From NCBI GenBank assembly GCA_048772705.1, contig JBLWGC010000138.1, positions 1 through 63,272 of the forward strand: a stretch of DNA of 63,272 bases, given 5' to 3'. Source of the DNA: Leidyana gryllorum EB-2025a. Its lineage: Eukaryota; Protista; Apicomplexa. Under the pieces are notes generated by a model, which saw only the letters and a list, made by a program, of their open reading frames with translations, did not search any database and was not told where the DNA came from. How positions within the stretch are numbered: position 1 is the first letter of the stretch; every line of letters begins with the position of its first letter. This document shows, piece by piece, positions 21,007 to 31,864 of the stretch. A program made the translations under genes and the position numbers.

Positions 21007-21167
21007 TCAGTCATTAGCCTAAACATGGTTGCGATCATCCGCCCGCATTTTCGGACGGCGGCTTGCACACAGCACTCGGCCATCTTGCCGAAGTGTTACC
21101 CGTTTCCTGTGCGTGAAATTCAAAATGCGAGGAGTTCTGGGGTTGGAGGCCGGCGTGTTTACTAGCG

Positions 21168-21239
21168 TCCGAGATAGTATAGTGATTAGTATTTCCGCCT
21201 GTCACGCGGGAGACCCGGGTTCGATTCCCGGTCTCGGAG
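21168..21239 (+). tRNA. trnD: tRNA-Asp(GTC)
   Basis: Near-intact. Confidence 0.85.
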
Positions 21240-21590
21240 CAGTTCCAGCCCCTCACAACTGCTGCAACTCAGATTTTGTCTCAGCTGGTCTGGACTTCAT
21301 CCGGCATTGTAAGAGTGGGAGCCGCGTATAGAAGCCCACCTTGGAGAGACGTGGCATTGAGTCAACAACTATCAAACGGGCTGTTCTGGGAATCGAACCC
21401 AGGACTTCTTCCACCAATGGAAGAATATATAACTGGACCAAACAGAGCGCTGTGGGTGCGTCAGGTACTGGCAGGTTCCAAACCTGCGACTTCGTGGCTA
21501 AGAGACTTACACTCTGATGGCTGAGCTACGAGGCTCAGCTACGATGATTGGAGTTGCGATAAGCTTGCAGGTGCCCATTCGATGCAGTCG

Positions 21591-21662
21591 AGCCTTCTGC
21601 CGGAATCGAACCGGCGACCTTTCGCTTACTAAGCGAATGCTCTGCCCCTAAGCTAAGAAGGC
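21591..21662 (-). tRNA. trnT: tRNA-Thr(AGT)
   Basis: Intact. Confidence 0.9.
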
Positions 21663-21738
21663 AATGCAAGCCAAAGATCACGAATCAGTCACTATTAACG
21701 GGGATTACTGAGGCACTTTGCTCGAATGGTCCAATGAC

Positions 21739-21811
21739 TTCCACTGCCGGGACTTGAACCCGGATCGTGCGGGTGAGAGCCGCATATCCTAGCCACTTAG
21801 ACTACAGTGGA
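21739..21811 (-). tRNA. trnE: tRNA-Glu(CTC)
   Basis: Intact. Confidence 0.9.
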
Positions 21812-21891
21812 CAACTTCCTCAGCTGCAGCTTTAGCCGAGAGCCGTACCCTCTTGATCTGAGATAGAGCGTCGGGTCAACCGACAACCAAC

Positions 21892-21963
21892 GGGCTGTTC
21901 TGGGAATCGAACCCAGGACTTCTTCCACCCGAAGGAAGAATTATACCACTAGACCAAACAGCC
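21892..21963 (-). tRNA. trnP: tRNA-Pro(CGG)
   Basis: Near-intact. Confidence 0.85.
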
Positions 21964-22050
21964 GCCTGTCGGTCGTGCAACGCTGTGAGCACAGTCGCGA
22001 GAGTGGTCATAATATTTGAGAACCAACACATGCGATGGGGTCTGCGCAAC

Positions 22051-22123
22051 GGGCGACTAGCTCAAATGGTAGAGCGCTCGCTTAGCATGCGAGAGGTACT
22101 GGGATCGATGCCCAGGTCGTCCA
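22051..22123 (+). tRNA. trnA: tRNA-Ala(AGC)
   Basis: Intact. Confidence 0.9.
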
Positions 22124-22401
22124 AACTTCGTACGGCTGCACCTGCCGCTATTTATTTCCCGAGCTGAGATAATTGTGCCCTGTAACGATTGGACAGACCT
22201 GGGCATCGCAGTATGTGTGAAGGTTGCCTCAGAGCCCGGATTTCCGAGTTTGTATGTTACAATGACACACTCTGCCGACCAAGATACAAGAGTCAGTTAC
22301 ATTATTTCAAAGGTCAGTAGAGAGATGTGTGTTGCATGTGCCCAGTTGAGGAGGGCTAGTCCGGATGGCTCTATCAACTCTTTTTTGGGAAGGACTGGAT
22401 C

Positions 22402-22473
22402 GGTTACTTGGTGTAGTGGTTAGCACTGGAGACTCTAAATCTCGCGACCTAGCTTCGATTCCCGGCGCGACCT
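22402..22473 (+). pseudogene. tRNA-Gln body with CTA (amber) anticodon, degenerate
   Basis: Loop CTCTAAA; acceptor and T-stem mismatches. Confidence 0.7.
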
Positions 22474-22536
22474 CGAAACTGGTCTCCACTTATCCGTGAA
22501 ACCTCGCCACTTCTCTTGGTCTGCGGGACCTTCGCT

Positions 22537-22609
22537 GCAGCCATGGTCTAGTGGTCATGACGTCTGCTTAACACGCAGAAGGTCCCGAGTTCGATCCTCG
22601 GTGGCTGTA
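22537..22609 (+). tRNA. trnV: tRNA-Val(AAC)
   Basis: Near-intact. Confidence 0.85.
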
Positions 22610-22829
22610 ACTCGCGTTTGTCAGGTGAGCACCACGAAATCTAAAGCGGAAGAACGAAGTGTCTCCGAGACCGGGAATCGAACCCGGGTCTTCCGAGTGA
22701 GAGGCGGAAATACTAAGCACTATACTATCTCGGACGCTCGTGGATACTCCGGCCTTCAACCCCAAAAGTCCTCCGTTCTCGAGACTTCACAGTCAGAAAG
22801 CGTGTAAAGTGGCGAGCCAAGGGCGCTCC

Positions 22830-22909
22830 GGCAAGATGGCCGAGTGGTCTAAGGCGCTGTGTTAAGGCCGCAGTCCGAAAGGGCGTGGGTTCGAATCCCA
22901 CTCTTGTCA
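22830..22909 (+). tRNA. trnL: tRNA-Leu(AAG)
   Basis: Intact, loop TTAAGGC. Confidence 0.9.
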
Positions 22910-22975
22910 ACCGTTGTATTGTATTGAGTGGTCCCTCTCTTCACCTATAGACAGGTGGTTCGAGCTACATACGGC

Positions 22976-23046
22976 TGCACCTGCCGGGACTCGAACCCGG
23001 GTTACGACCTTGGAAGGGTCGCATCTTACCCTTAGACCACAAGTGC
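22976..23046 (-). tRNA. trnG: tRNA-Gly(TCC)
   Basis: Intact. Confidence 0.9.
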
Positions 23047-23243
23047 AATTGCGAAAGATCTGCAGCACCCCGAGAGACTCGGGCAATTTCTACTTCCAGC
23101 TGTCTGCGGATCGAATCGAGCACTTTCACGGACGAAGGAAACTGATACCACTAGCACTTCAACTCGACATGCGGGGCAGCGGCTCCCTTGCAGCTAGCAA
23201 GCTTGCCTCGGTCGAAACGGAACGTCTTCCGAGTGAGAGGCTA

Positions 23244-23316
23244 TGATGCGGATGGGACTCGAACCCACAACTCCCGGTTCCGAAGACCGATGCCCTATCC
23301 ATTAGGCCACCGCACC
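23244..23316 (-). tRNA. trnR: tRNA-Arg(TCG)
   Basis: Intact. Confidence 0.9.
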
Positions 23317-23414
23317 ATGGATAGGCTTCGGTCATCTCGATACTGGTTGGGTGAAAGAGGAGACACCTTGGGCAGCCGGTTCTGTCCCACTCAAAAGTTG
23401 GATGCGTCCCGAAT

Positions 23415-23487
23415 GCGGTTGTGGTGCAATGGAGAGCGCGTTGCCCTCCTAAGGCAAAGGTTGAGGGTTCGAGTCCCTCTAGCCGTT
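23415..23487 (+). tRNA. trnR: tRNA-Arg(CCT)
   Basis: Few substitutions. Confidence 0.8.
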
Positions 23488-23952
23488 TCCTGCGTGCCTT
23501 CGTTTGTGCAAAGTGGAGCACAAACAGGTGAAAGTGATCGATGCAGTTGGGCGATTGGTCATACCATGTAAAAAAGAAATGGATGTACTGGGGTTTGCTA
23601 AATGGGCGACTAGCTCAAATGGTAGGTCGCTACGCTTAGCGTGCGAGAGATACTGGGATCGATGCCCAGGTCGTCCAAAGTACGTACGGCTGCACGTGCC
23701 GGGATCTCACCATCTTTGAAGGGTCGCAGACCACAATTGCCATTGCGAGAGCAGCGCAGTCAGTGTCTAGCGTGCCTCTGAAAGCGCTCCTGGCAGGTTC
23801 CGAGCCTGCGATTTTGCCGTTAACAGCCACACCCTCTGCCGCCTGAGCTACAAGACCCCTTACAATGTTTCAGAGGTTAGTAGAGAGACTCTCCTCTTCC
23901 TACAACAGTTCGCACGGGGTGCCCGAGGGAAGGTGTAATCAGTTACAGTCGC

Positions 23953-24034
23953 GGCAAGGTGGCCGAGCGGTTAAGGCGGCGGCCTGCTAAGCCGTTGGGT
24001 TTTACCCGCGTGAATTCGAATCTCACCCTTGTCG
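23953..24034 (+). tRNA. trnS: tRNA-Ser(GCT)
   Basis: Few substitutions. Confidence 0.8.
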
Positions 24035-24251
24035 GTAGCATTCGCGGAGAGCGCAATTGCTTCAATGATTGAAGTGAGCTTTTTGTCCGACTCAAATCCA
24101 ACGCTCTACGCTGGGCGCTATATACAGGAGCCAATTAAATTTTCCAGACGTCAGTAGAGAGACCCGTGTTGCGTGTGTCCAGTTGAGGAAGCGCTAGTCC
24201 GGATAATTCTACCGACTCAATTCTACCGACTCTTCTGGGATAGGCTGAATC

Positions 24252-24323
24252 GGTTGCGTGGTGTAGTGGTTAGCACTGGAGACTCTGAATCTCCCGACCT
24301 GGGTTCGATTCCCGGCGCGACCT
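24252..24323 (+). tRNA. trnQ: tRNA-Gln(CTG)
   Basis: Intact. Confidence 0.9.
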
Positions 24324-24919
24324 TGGAACTGTCCTCACTGCTCCGTGAAACTTCGCCACTCCTCATGCAGCCACGGTCTAGTGGTTACGACGTCTGCTTA
24401 ACACGCAGAAAGTCCGAGGTGAATCCTCGGTGGCTGTAGCTCCCACGGTCTAGTGGTTACGACGTCTGCTGAACACGCAGAATCCGAGGTGAATCCTCGG
24501 TGGTGTACCTCCTAACTTTCAGCGAGAACCAGGGGAGACAATCTTAAGCGAAACCACCTGTGCTCCGAGACCGGGAATCGAACCCGGGTCTTCCGCATGA
24601 CAGGCGGAAATACTAACCGCTTTACTATCTCGGACGCTCGTGAATACCCCGGCCTCCAACCCCGGAAGACCTTCCATTTTGAGATTCCAAGTACAGGAAA
24701 CGCGTGGAAGGGCGAGCCAACAACATTCCGGAAGGGTGGCCTAGTGGTCTCAAACGCTGTGTTCAGGCCGCAGTCCGAAGGGGCGTGGGTTCGAATCCCA
24801 CTCTTGTCAGCCGTTGTAGTCAGGACAACCTGCGACTGGATCCCAGCACTGCCCGCCGTGCACGTAGCATCCGGCTAACTTTCGTCGATACAACTGACAC
24901 ATGATTCTCCAGCTAAGTT

Positions 24920-24991
24920 GCCTTCTTAGCTTAGGGGCAGAGCGTTCGCTTCGTAAGCGAGAAGTCGCCGGTTCGATTCCGGCAGAAGGCT
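24920..24991 (+). tRNA. trnT: tRNA-Thr(CGT)
   Basis: Loop TTCGTAA. Confidence 0.88.
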
Positions 24992-25172
24992 TTGATGCAT
25001 CGATAGGCTTATAAGGAATGGCTGTCACCACGTACAAGATTCACAAGATCGTGTTCTGCATCTGTGGTCTAGTGCAAGAGTCGCTCGCTGCCATCGAGAT
25101 AACCCGTGTGGGATTCCCGACGGATGGAAAATGATAGCATGATGAGTTTGTCGGCGGTTCCGATTCCGACCG

Positions 25173-25245
25173 TGGGAGTGGAGAGGATTGAACTCTCGAC
25201 TTCAGGATTATGAGACCTACGCGCTACCGACTGCGCTACACTCCC
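25173..25245 (-). tRNA. trnM: tRNA-Met(CAT) elongator
   Basis: Intact. Confidence 0.9.
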
Positions 25246-26076
25246 TACCGAAACTTCTCTCGATGCATCTCCTCCTGTCAAAAGGGTGCACGTGATGCTG
25301 TATCCACAACACACCCGCCTGGTCGGGGCGGGGCTCAACCGCAAACTTGGACTTGTTGGGCTCACCATTTAACTGACCGAAAATACGCAGAGTTGAGGTA
25401 AACAATCACTGGACCAAGTAGTCGACTGATGTGCTCAGCAAAGCACCTGATTGGCCTCGTCCGCCCGGCCGAACAGTTATTTCAGAGCCTAATACTGACA
25501 TGGAGTAGGGGTTGTTCCCACACCACTGACAATTCGCATGAGAGTCCCGAGGCAACGTGTGATCCGTTGCACTCTCGGCAAGGTGGCACACTGTTTGAGG
25601 CGGCGGCTTGCTAAGCCGTTGGGTTTCACCCACGTGAGTTCAAATCTCACCATTGTCCGTGGCACTCGGGGAGAGCGCAACTGCTTCAATGATTGAACTG
25701 AGGTTTTTGCCCGACTCGAATCCAACTCTTTACGCTGGGGTCTGTATACAAGACCCGTGTTGCATGTGTCCAGTTGAGGAAGCGCTAGTCCGACTCTTCT
25801 GGGATGGGCTGAACCGGTTGCGTCCTTGGTGGTTAGCACTCGACACTTTGGATTTTCCGACCTGGGTTCGATCCCGGCGCGACCCTTGAACTGGTCCTCA
25901 CTACCCCCTGAAGCTTCGCCACTTCTCTTGGGCTGCGGGGACCATCCATGGAGCCATGGTCTAGTGGTTACGACGTCTGCTTAACACGCAGAAGGTCCCG
26001 AGTTCGATCCTCGGTGGCTGTAGCTCGCAACTTTCAGCGGCACCAAAAAAGACAATCTTAAGCGAGATCAACTGTG

Positions 26077-26148
26077 CTCCGAGACCGGGAATCGAACCCG
26101 GGTCTTCCGCGTGACAGGCGGAAATACTAACCACTATACTATCTCGGA
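26077..26148 (-). tRNA. trnD: tRNA-Asp(GTC)
   Basis: Intact. Confidence 0.9.
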
Positions 26149-26358
26149 CGCTCCGAACACACCGGCGTGAAACCCCAAACATCCTTCCAACTTGAGATTC
26201 CAGGGATAGAAAACGCGTGGAGCGGCGAGCCAACAACATCCCGGCAAGATGACCGAGTGGTCTGAGGCGCTGTGCTCAGACCAGAGACCGAAAGGTCGTG
26301 GGTTCGAATCCCACTTTTGTCAGGTTGCGCCCCAAACGGGAAAAACATAGAGTCCGGT

Positions 26359-26430
26359 TGAGCCCAGAGTGATTCGAACACCCAACCTTCTGATCTGTAG
26401 TCAGACGCGCTACCGTTGTGCCATAGGCCC
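26359..26430 (-). tRNA. tRNA-Trp body with ACA anticodon (variant)
   Basis: Loop CTACAGA; D-stem substitution. Confidence 0.7.
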
Positions 26431-26602
26431 AAAACCATCCCCCGTTCCAGACTCATTTACCGGCAATCGGCCCGCTTCTTAGGCGTGACATGCGAAAATA
26501 GTAACGACTATGCTATCTCGGACACTCTGAACACGCCACGGACATTCCATTCGTTCAGAAAACGGCCGTTACCGTGTACGAGCTTCAACAACAAGGTGTC
26601 AC

Positions 26603-26673
26603 GCATCTGTGGTCTAGTGGTAGAATGTCTCGTTGCCATTGAGACGACCCGGGTTCGATTCCCGGCAGATGCA
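26603..26673 (+). tRNA. trnG: tRNA-Gly(GCC)
   Basis: Near-intact. Confidence 0.88.
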
Positions 26674-26748
26674 GATGACACATGGTTGCTTTTCCACCAT
26701 TCAGAAATTCAAGCGTGAGTTGGTGTTTGACCCTCCGATCACATCGCA

Positions 26749-26830
26749 CGACAACTGCTGGATTTGAACCAGCGCGGGCCAGGCCCAGTAGATTTCTAGT
26801 CTACCCCCTTAACCACTCGGGCAAGTTGCC
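26749..26830 (-). tRNA. trnS: tRNA-Ser(AGA)
   Basis: Intact. Confidence 0.9.
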
Positions 26831-27134
26831 GCTGTCGAACTTGGCATTTTGCGGCCAGTGGCTTCACATACGGTTCCGCGAACTTCACTGGGACTGCTCG
26901 CGCCGCCCAAACCCGCGGATCTCCCTTCAAAAGTCTTGCGCTCTAGTGACGGAGTTGGGGCGGCAAGGAAGCTCGCCCCGTACCCGAGGAAGGCCCAAGA
27001 TTCCACGATCAATACAAATGGAAGAGGTTACTAAGTCCGAATCTGTATCAGAGATCCACTCACTTGATCAGGCCGACATACCATGTTTTCCAAGACGGTA
27101 CGGCTCTCGGCCGAAGCCCCAACTCAACCACTCG

Positions 27135-27207
27135 TCCACTGTAGTCTAAGTGGCTAGGATATGCGGCTTTCACCCGCATGATCCGGGTTCAAGTCCCGGC
27201 AGTGGAA
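27135..27207 (+). tRNA. trnE: tRNA-Glu(TTC)
   Basis: Intact. Confidence 0.9.
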
Positions 27208-27283
27208 GTCATTGAACTACTCTAGCAAAGTGCTCCACTAATCTCCGTCAATAGCGATTGTTTCGTCATCTCCGGCTTCCATT

Positions 27284-27355
27284 GCCTTCTTAGTTTAGGG
27301 GCAGAGCGTTCGCTTCGTAAGCGAGAAGTCGCCGGTTCGATTCCGGCTGAAGGCT
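27284..27355 (+). tRNA. trnT: tRNA-Thr(CGT), 2 substitutions
   Basis: Thr consensus. Confidence 0.8.
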
Positions 27356-27658
27356 CGACTGCATCCACTGGGCACCGGTAAGCTGCTCGCAAACTCCAAT
27401 AATCGTAGCTCAGCCATCAGAGGTAAGTCTCTCAGCCACGAAGTCGCAGGTTTGGAACCTGCCAGTACCTGAGGCACCCATAGGGGGCTGTTTGGTCTAG
27501 TTTTATGATTCTTTCTTCGGCTGGAAGAAGTCCTGGGTTCAATGCCACGTCTCTCCAAGGTCGGCTACTATACGCGGCTCCCACTCGTACAATCCCGAAT
27601 GAAGTCCAGACCAGCTGAGACAAAATCGGAGTTGCACCAGTTGTGAGGGCTGGAACTG

Positions 27659-27730
27659 CTCCGAGACCGGGAATCGAACCCGGGTCTTCCGCGTGACAGG
27701 CGGAAATACTGACCACTATACTATCTCGGA
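27659..27730 (-). tRNA. trnD: tRNA-Asp(GTC)
   Basis: Near-intact. Confidence 0.88.
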
Positions 27731-27892
27731 CGCTAGTAAACACGCCGGCCTCCAACCCCAGAACTCCTCGCATTTTGAGATTTCACGGACAGGAAACGGG
27801 TAACACTTCGGCAAGATGGCCGAGTGCTGTGTGCAAGCCGCCGTCCGAAAATGCGGGCGGATGATCGCAACCATGTTTAGGCTAATGACTGA

Positions 27893-27964
27893 AGCCTCCT
27901 GCCGGAATCGAACCAGCGACCTTTCGCTTACAAAGCGAATGCTCTGCCCCTAAGCTAAGGAGGC
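27893..27964 (-). tRNA. trnT: tRNA-Thr(TGT)
   Basis: Inverted copy of 20935-21006. Confidence 0.9.
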
Positions 27965-28427
27965 ATTCCCTGTCTCGAACTTCTCGCGCTGCCCGAACCT
28001 GCGGTCTCCCATCAAAAGTCTTGCGCTCTACCGACGGACTTGGGGCGGCGACGAAGCTCGGACTTAGTAACAAAATTCCATTCGTATTGATCGTTGAATC
28101 TTGGGCCTTCCTCGGGTACAGGGCGAAGCTGTATCAGAGATGCACTCACTTGGCCACGCCCGGACTCCAACCGGGGACTCAGAACTTATTAGGCTCACGC
28201 TATGGCCGCCTGAAATACGCGACCGCTTCAGAGTTGAGGTCAACAGTCACTAGCCGAAGGAGCCGACTGATGTGTTCAGCAAAGCCTTATGATTGCTACT
28301 GAACCGGCCACTCCGATCTTCGTCCACCCCGCCAAGCAGTCATTCCAAAGGCAAATACTGACATCGAGAAGGGGCACTACCAATTCGCACGGGATTCCCG
28401 ATGGAATGTGTAGCCCGTTCCACTGTC

Positions 28428-28509
28428 GGCAAGGTGGCCGAGTGGTTAAGGCGGCGACCTGCTAAGCCGTTGGGTTTCACCCGCGTGAGTTCGAATCTCA
28501 CCCTTGTCG
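28428..28509 (+). tRNA. trnS: tRNA-Ser(GCT)
   Basis: Near-intact. Confidence 0.85.
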
Positions 28510-28691
28510 GTTGCATTTGAGAAAAAGCGCCAACTGCTTCAAGGATTTAAGTGAGCTTTCTGTCCCACCCAAATCCAACGCCTACGCTGGACGCTTTATA
28601 CAGGAGCGACTTAAAATATTTCAGAGGTCAGTAGAGACCCCTATTGCGTGTGTCCAGTTGAGGAACAGACTCTTCTGGGATGGGCTGAGCC

Positions 28692-28763
28692 GGTTGCGTC
28701 GTGTAGTGGTTAGCACTGGAGACTTTGAATCTCCCGACGTGGGTTCGATTCCCGGCAGATGCA
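28692..28763 (+). pseudogene. Chimeric tRNA: Gln(TTG) 5' part plus Gly(GCC) 3' acceptor strand
   Basis: Switch within the shared GGGTTCGATTCCCGGC. Confidence 0.8.
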
Positions 28764-29266
28764 GACATAGCACATGGCTGATTCACTAGAATTCTACGCC
28801 GTTGAACACCAGTGCCAATTAAACACTGGCGGACAGCTGTAGCACTCGCAGGGACATATGTGACGGCGCAGCGGAGAATGGGCGTGGATCCAAATCCCAT
28901 CCTTGTCAGGATAGAACTCGGGACCTTCTTTCCTGCGTGCGGAGCAGACGTCGTAAGCAGTAGACCATGGCTGTACGGAGCTTCCGGGCCGTGAAAGGGG
29001 CGTATCCGATGAGCCTCACAGAAGTTGGACGGCCTGGAGTAGCTCATTTGGAGAGCATCTAACGCTCCTGTTACATTTCATCCTGATTGATGCCCCACTG
29101 CCTTGATAGCTACTTGCAGATTATCCGAGTCGTCTAGTGGTTGGGACAGCAAGTTGTGGCCGTGCGAAGCCAGGCTCAATTCCCGGCTCGGCCAATATGT
29201 CTCCGGTGTCTCTAATGGAACTTTCTCTTGATGGCTACACACTTTCATTCGACGGCTCCGTTGATT

Positions 29267-29339
29267 GGCGCTATGGCCTAATGGATATGGCATCGGTCTA
29301 CGGAACTTGGGATTCTGGGTTCGAGTCCCAGTAGCGTCT
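29267..29339 (+). tRNA. trnR: tRNA-Arg(ACG)
   Basis: Anticodon-stem substitutions. Confidence 0.78.
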
Positions 29340-29472
29340 GGGCGAGCGGTCGGGTTCCAGCCCCTCACAATTGCTGCAACTCAGTTTTTATCTCAGCTGG
29401 GTGTCCTTGCTGTGGACAGCATCCCCGTGCACCCTTTTGACAGGAGGAGATACATCGAGAGAAGTTCCATTG

Positions 29473-29545
29473 GGGAGTGTAGCGCAGTCGGTAGCGCGTA
29501 GGTCTCATAATCCTGAAGTCGAGAGTTCGATCCTCTCCACTCCCA
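29473..29545 (+). tRNA. trnM: tRNA-Met(CAT) elongator
   Basis: Intact. Confidence 0.9.
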
Positions 29546-29894
29546 CGGTTGGAATCGGAACCACGGGTTATCTCGATGGCAGCGAGAGACTCTTCCACAC
29601 CACAGATGCGTAACACCTTGTTGTTGGAGCTCGTACACAATAACGGCCGTTTTGCTTCGAATGAGAAGACAGGGTCAAGTTGAGCGAGTATGAGAGCCAG
29701 CTCGTGGGCACGTAACACAGTGGTAGAGCAGTTGACTGCAGATCAGCAAGTCCGTGGTTCAACTTCGCGCGTGCCGTGAAGTTGAGATGAAACGCTGGAA
29801 GATGTTAAACCAACATTCCTGACCACAAAGGGTTGCAGAATCCTGCGCTAGAAAGAGGAAAGTCTCTATATTATCCTCTGAAACATTGTAGCTG

Positions 29895-29967
29895 GGTCTT
29901 GTAGCTCAGTCGGCAGAGCGTGTGGCTGTTAACCACAAAGTCGCAGGTTCGAAACCTGCCAGGACCG
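29895..29967 (+). tRNA. trnN: tRNA-Asn(GTT)
   Basis: Intact. Confidence 0.9.
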
Positions 29968-30068
29968 GGTGCTGCGGCACCGTACTCTCTAGACGGCACT
30001 TGTGCTCTTGGACCCTTCCAAGGTCGTAAATATGTATTTAAATACCGGCAATTGCAGACTACGAAGTT

Positions 30069-30141
30069 TGGACGACCTGGGCATCGATCCCAGTACCTCT
30101 CGCATGCTAAGCGAGCGCTCTACCATTTGAGCTAGTCGCCC
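30069..30141 (-). tRNA. trnA: tRNA-Ala(AGC)
   Basis: Intact. Confidence 0.9.
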
Positions 30142-30339
30142 GTTGTGCAGACCCCATCGCATTTTTTTGTTCTCAACACCGTATGACCACTCTCTCGACT
30201 GTATTCAGCGGGTTTCACGACCGAGAGGCGGCTGATTGGTCTAGTGGTATGATTCTTCCTTTGGGTGGAAGGAGTCGTGGCTTCGATTCCCAGAACAGCC
30301 CGTCTGATAGTTGTTGACGCAACAGGCTGCAATTCGCCC

Positions 30340-30412
30340 AGACGCTACTGGGACTCGAACCCAGAATCCCCGGTTCCGTAGACCGATGCCATATCCATTA
30401 GGCCATAGCGCC
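30340..30412 (-). tRNA. trnR: tRNA-Arg(ACG)
   Basis: Intact. Confidence 0.9.
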
Positions 30413-30870
30413 GACTAGCGGAGCCGTCAAATGGGAGTGTGTAGCGATCGAGACAGGACATGGGCAGCTACGCCCGATGGTGGGTCTGGGCAGACTTCAC
30501 CCACATCTCCCGTTCGAGACATCGGGGACATACTATCCAAGCCAGGATTCGGGCCTGGGTATGCACGGCCACAACTTGGTGTTGTAAGCACCTAGACGAC
30601 CCGGACAATCTTCAAGTGAGGCTGGTGGGTACCAAAGCCATCATTTCCACCACAGAATTCAACTGGGCCTGGGCCGCGCTGGTGCAGATCCAGCAGTTGT
30701 CGTGCGATGTGATTGGAGGGGTCAGACACCAACTTACGCATGAATTCCAATCTACCCCCCTTCCCCACTCGGGCAAGTTGGCTACTGTCGATTTCGCCAT
30801 GCGGCGAGGAGTGGCCCCACATACCGCCGCGGTGAGTGCTTATTTTCATCGCCTTCCGTGACTACCTACC

Positions 30871-30943
30871 GCCTCGGTAGCTCAGTTGGGAGAGCGCCAG
30901 ACTGAAGATCTGGAAGTCCCGTGTTCGATCCACGGCCGAGGCA
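30871..30943 (+). tRNA. trnF: tRNA-Phe(GAA)
   Basis: Intact. Confidence 0.92.
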
Positions 30944-31209
30944 GAGACGTTGTGACGTTTGGTGTCACTATCTCAAGTGTCCTCAGCGGTTTGCACGACC
31001 GGCTGTTTGGTCTAGTGGTATGATTCTTCTTTCGGGTGGAAGAAGGCCGGTGTTCGATTCCCAGAAGAGTCCGTCTGATAGTTGTTGACTGAATGCCACG
31101 TCTCTCCAAGGTCGGCTACCATACGCGGCTCCCACTCGTATAATCCCGGATGAGTCCAGACCAGCTGAGACAAAATCTGAGTTGCAGCAGTTGTGAGGGG
31201 CTGCAACTG

Positions 31210-31281
31210 CTCCGAGACCGGGAATCGAACCCGGGTCTTCCGCGTGACAGGCGGAAATACTAACCACTATACTATCTCGGA
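31210..31281 (-). tRNA. trnD: tRNA-Asp(GTC)
   Basis: Intact. Confidence 0.9.
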
Positions 31282-31472
31282 CGCTCTGAACACGCCGGCC
31301 TCCAATCCCAGAAGTCTTTCTATTTTGGCTCACGGACAAAAAACGCGTGGAGCGATGAACCAACAACACTGTGGCAAGATGGCCGAGTTGTCTAAGGCGC
31401 TGTGCTCAGACCGCAGTCCGAAAGGGCGAGGATCTGGGGTTGAGCCTTTTTAACCCCGGAGCAGTTGGACGG

Positions 31473-31552
31473 CCGGGGGTAGCTCAGTTGGAAGAGCATC
31501 TGACTGTAGTGCTGGCATCAGATAGTCGGCGGTTCGATTCCGTCCCACCGGA
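31473..31552 (+). tRNA. trnY: tRNA-Tyr(GTA) with 7-nt intron
   Basis: 80 nt. Confidence 0.87.
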
Positions 31553-31644
31553 AGTAGAGGGGTGATTGGCAAAGTACTACTCAACCTGAAGGTGGGAGCA
31601 GAAATTGCCCGAGTCTCTCGGGGTGCTGCAGATCTTTCGCAATT

Positions 31645-31715
31645 GCACTTGTGGTCTAAGGGTAAGATGCGACCCTTCCAAGGTCGTAACCCGGGTTCGA
31701 GTCCCGGCAGGTGCA
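31645..31715 (+). tRNA. trnG: tRNA-Gly(TCC)
   Basis: Intact. Confidence 0.9.
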
Positions 31716-31784
31716 GCTGTATGTAGGTCGAACGACCTGTATATCAGTGAAGTGAGGGACTGAGTGCCAATACAATACAACGGC

Positions 31785-31864
31785 TGACAAGAGTGGGATT
31801 CGAGCCCACGCCCTTTCGGACTGCGGCCTGAACACAGCGCCTTAGACCACTCGGCCATCTTGCC
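31785..31864 (-). tRNA. trnL: tRNA-Leu(CAG)
   Basis: Loop TTCAGGC; one T-loop substitution. Confidence 0.85.
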
